Under the pieces are notes generated by a model, which had not been told where the DNA came from, searched no databases, and saw only the letters and a program-made list of their open reading frames with translations. Made by a program: the position numbers and the translations under genes. A stretch of 64,000 nucleotides of DNA from Podarcis erhardii (Eukaryota). The stretch lies in assembly GCA_964252035.1 (NCBI GenBank), contig OZ176209.1. The stretch is one strand, 5' to 3'. Within the stretch, counting starts at the first letter, position 1. Each line of letters starts with the position of its first letter. Below are positions 58,321-61,300 of this stretch, one piece after another.

Positions 58321-61300
58321 GAAAAGCTTACCCATAAATATTGGACATGTCCTTCACCATCAGCCTCCATAAGTATTTGTAAAGGTAAGAGAGACAGGTG
58401 AAAGTCCATTCTAGCAGCTCCGTGTCCTGGGTATCCAACAATTTTGTAATGGACAGAAAAAAGTCTTGGAAATGAGGATAGAAATCTGTCTGGAGATCGC
58501 GAGCCAGCTGCACCACTAAGCTGTATTGAGATACATAAAGACAGGAAAATGTGAGTGGTGCCACATTATAATTTGAACACACACATCCCATGATTATTTC
58601 AAATAATTCTGAGGGAAATCTCACTGTCCCGTGGTCTGCTCACAAGTGAATGCATTTGTATATCGTATGGCCCAGTGTACTCCTGAAGTTCATCACAGCT
58701 AACATAACCTCATTACAGTCCTGTGTGATGAGCATAGTTAATAACATTCCCACTCTGGAAGAGAGAGCCTAGGACTCAGTGGCAGAGCTTCATGCTCTGG
58801 CACTAGGGGGCGGAGAGCAGACAGGAGTGGGGCTGGCATGCATCCGGGGGGCGTGGCACCCAGCGTGCGTGGCGGGGGCAGCTGCGATGACACTCCACCG
58901 GGATCGCGCTGCCGGGGGCGGTGCGCTCCCGCTGCACTCCTCTTCCTCCGCCAGTGCTAGGACTGAGAAACAGTTAACTGCCCAAAGATACCCAATGGAC
59001 TAAAAAGAACAAAGGGCCTTCCCCGCCTGTGAACAGAAACTCAGAAGGTATATTTTAGATACTGCAGTAGGTACTTACTCCAAAAGAGGTTGGAAGGCAA
59101 GACTGTCTTTCACTTGCAGGTGGGTTTTCAAGCTCTGCACAATGTCATTCTGATAGTACACCAGCTGGTTGAAAGACTGGCATTTGTTGACTACCTGCCT
59201 GTAGAATGTCACTGTGTAAAAAACAAAACAAAACCTTGATTTGTTTCATGGAGTTTCAGGAACACTAATCTACTGAGTTCAGCAGGAATTACTCCTAGGT
59301 TAGTGTATACAGGATTGCATCAGCATTTTAGGCCCTAGAAAAAATGGCCAGCATGCATTACCCGTGCCTTCCAGCTCTTGCTCATATTACAAGGCTCCCA
59401 GCTTTAAAGGCTCAAAGCCAGCAGGTGATTAAAAATCATATACCCATGGAGTACAATCCCAGCATGCAAGACCCGTAATGCATAATGGGGACACCCCCTC
59501 ACAGCTCCTAGCATGGCTCACTTGCGTGACAACAGCCTATTCAAACACATGCTCAAAGGTTAGACCTTTCTGGGAAAGAAGGAACTGACTGTGCATGAAG
59601 CTTTAAAAGTGGCTTGTCAGGTCAAATGATTTCTATGCCAATTTCTCTCTCCATCTCTGTCTCGCATACACACACACAGATACACACTCTAATTATCGTG
59701 AGCAAACAAGGGATTAACTGTGGCAAAGCTTTTGGCTGGGAGGTATGACTGGAAAATACTTGTTCCACAAGGAAGAAAACTAAAATATCTATTTTGGAAA
59801 CAAGAAACTGTTGCTGAAATTTTATGAAAGCTTTGTAAAAGTGAAGAATGGGAACACCGTTAGCAGCTTTCTGCCCCCCTCCTCTCTCATTACTGGAAAA
59901 TGCAAAGCCACAACTGCAGATAGAGTGGAATGACTATAGATAGCACTGTTCATCGAGATCTAGAACCCAGTGCTGGATTTGGGGTCAATTTGCAAGGCCA
60001 TCCAACAGATAAGTGCCACTGTGACAGAAGGAGGAAGAGGAGGAGGAGAAGAGAGAGAAAAATAAAGAGAAAGAAACATATGGAAGCCTTTTTATTGTGC
60101 ATAATGGTTTATGCTTACAATGCTATTGGGGTGATCATCCTATTTGTGTATGCAAATATTTTGGGACTGTCAAACAGCTTAATTTCCATTCTGTGCATAT
60201 CCTGTGATCTCCCACAGAAATCCTGTAATTTTCCCTAACACAAAAATTTTGCCGAGGGGGGTTCTCACTTTTGCTGCGCTGTCAGCTACACAGAATTGCT
60301 CTAGTACAGCACTGGCCAAAAGAACTTTAGCACATCATTGCCAAGCCTGATCCAATCTCTCTTCTCCAGCTATTGCTGTACCGTTAAGTGTAGTGTAGTG
60401 TAGTGTAGTGTAGTGTAGTGTAGTGTAGTGTAGTGTAGTGTAGTGTAGTGTAGTGTAGAAGGGCTAGCCTATGCTGGTATAATGCCCGTAATCATCCCAC
60501 GTGGACCACAGGTCATGATACTGCACTGATGCACCACTGATGAGATTGAGCTACTGAAGAACTTGTGCTGATTATATCAATGTTAGGTTAAACAGCAGGA
60601 AACATAAACAAAACATCCTGCCAGCTCTAATCTAGCACTGAAAATTGCACAGAAATCAGCACAGGAAAGGCACAGCATATTCATCTGATGCACTCCACGT
60701 TCAAAATGTATACATATCACTAAATGTATATTAACTGTTAGATTGTGTGCAAACCCTTACTCCCAACATACATTTCCAACACAACAGCAACACTTTTATA
60801 CAACACACAATGAGAAGTATTAATACAAAATATTCTGGGGAAAAGATATACCAAAATGGCGAGTAAGGTTCAGCTCCCTCCATTTCTCGAGTCCTTCATG
60901 AAAATATGTTTCAACCTCCTAGCAAAATCAAGAGTGTATATTAGTTAATATATATTCGTATGGAGCAGTTCAGGCTTGATTAAGGAAGGAATGCTTAAGT
61001 AAAAAGCCTTCATGGGGTGGTGCAATATTTATGAAGTATGAAGCACAACTGAATTATTCCATTTTTCATTTAAACATTTACACAAATGTTTGCGAAACTG
61101 GAGCTGTTACCTAGAAATAATTATAACAATTATAATTATAACATTTGAAAATAACTGAAATTGTGAAAAGCATGTCAATTCTTATACAGCTGGTAATCAC
61201 ATATTACAATCAGATGGCCATGATCCAACAACAGTGGAGCTGGAGGGAGGGCTGCACAGACAAGGTAACTTTCTATACCTTCTCTGGATTAGAATTTATG

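Noticed and set aside
59930-60238. ORF with an Arg/Lys-rich tract
   Set aside because: The tract comes from a purine-rich simple repeat; no splice or homology support.
60841-60851. Exon 3 donor GTATATCTTTT as a U12-type site
   Set aside because: Differs from GTATCCTTT at +5 to +7; no U12-type intron was seen in either gene.
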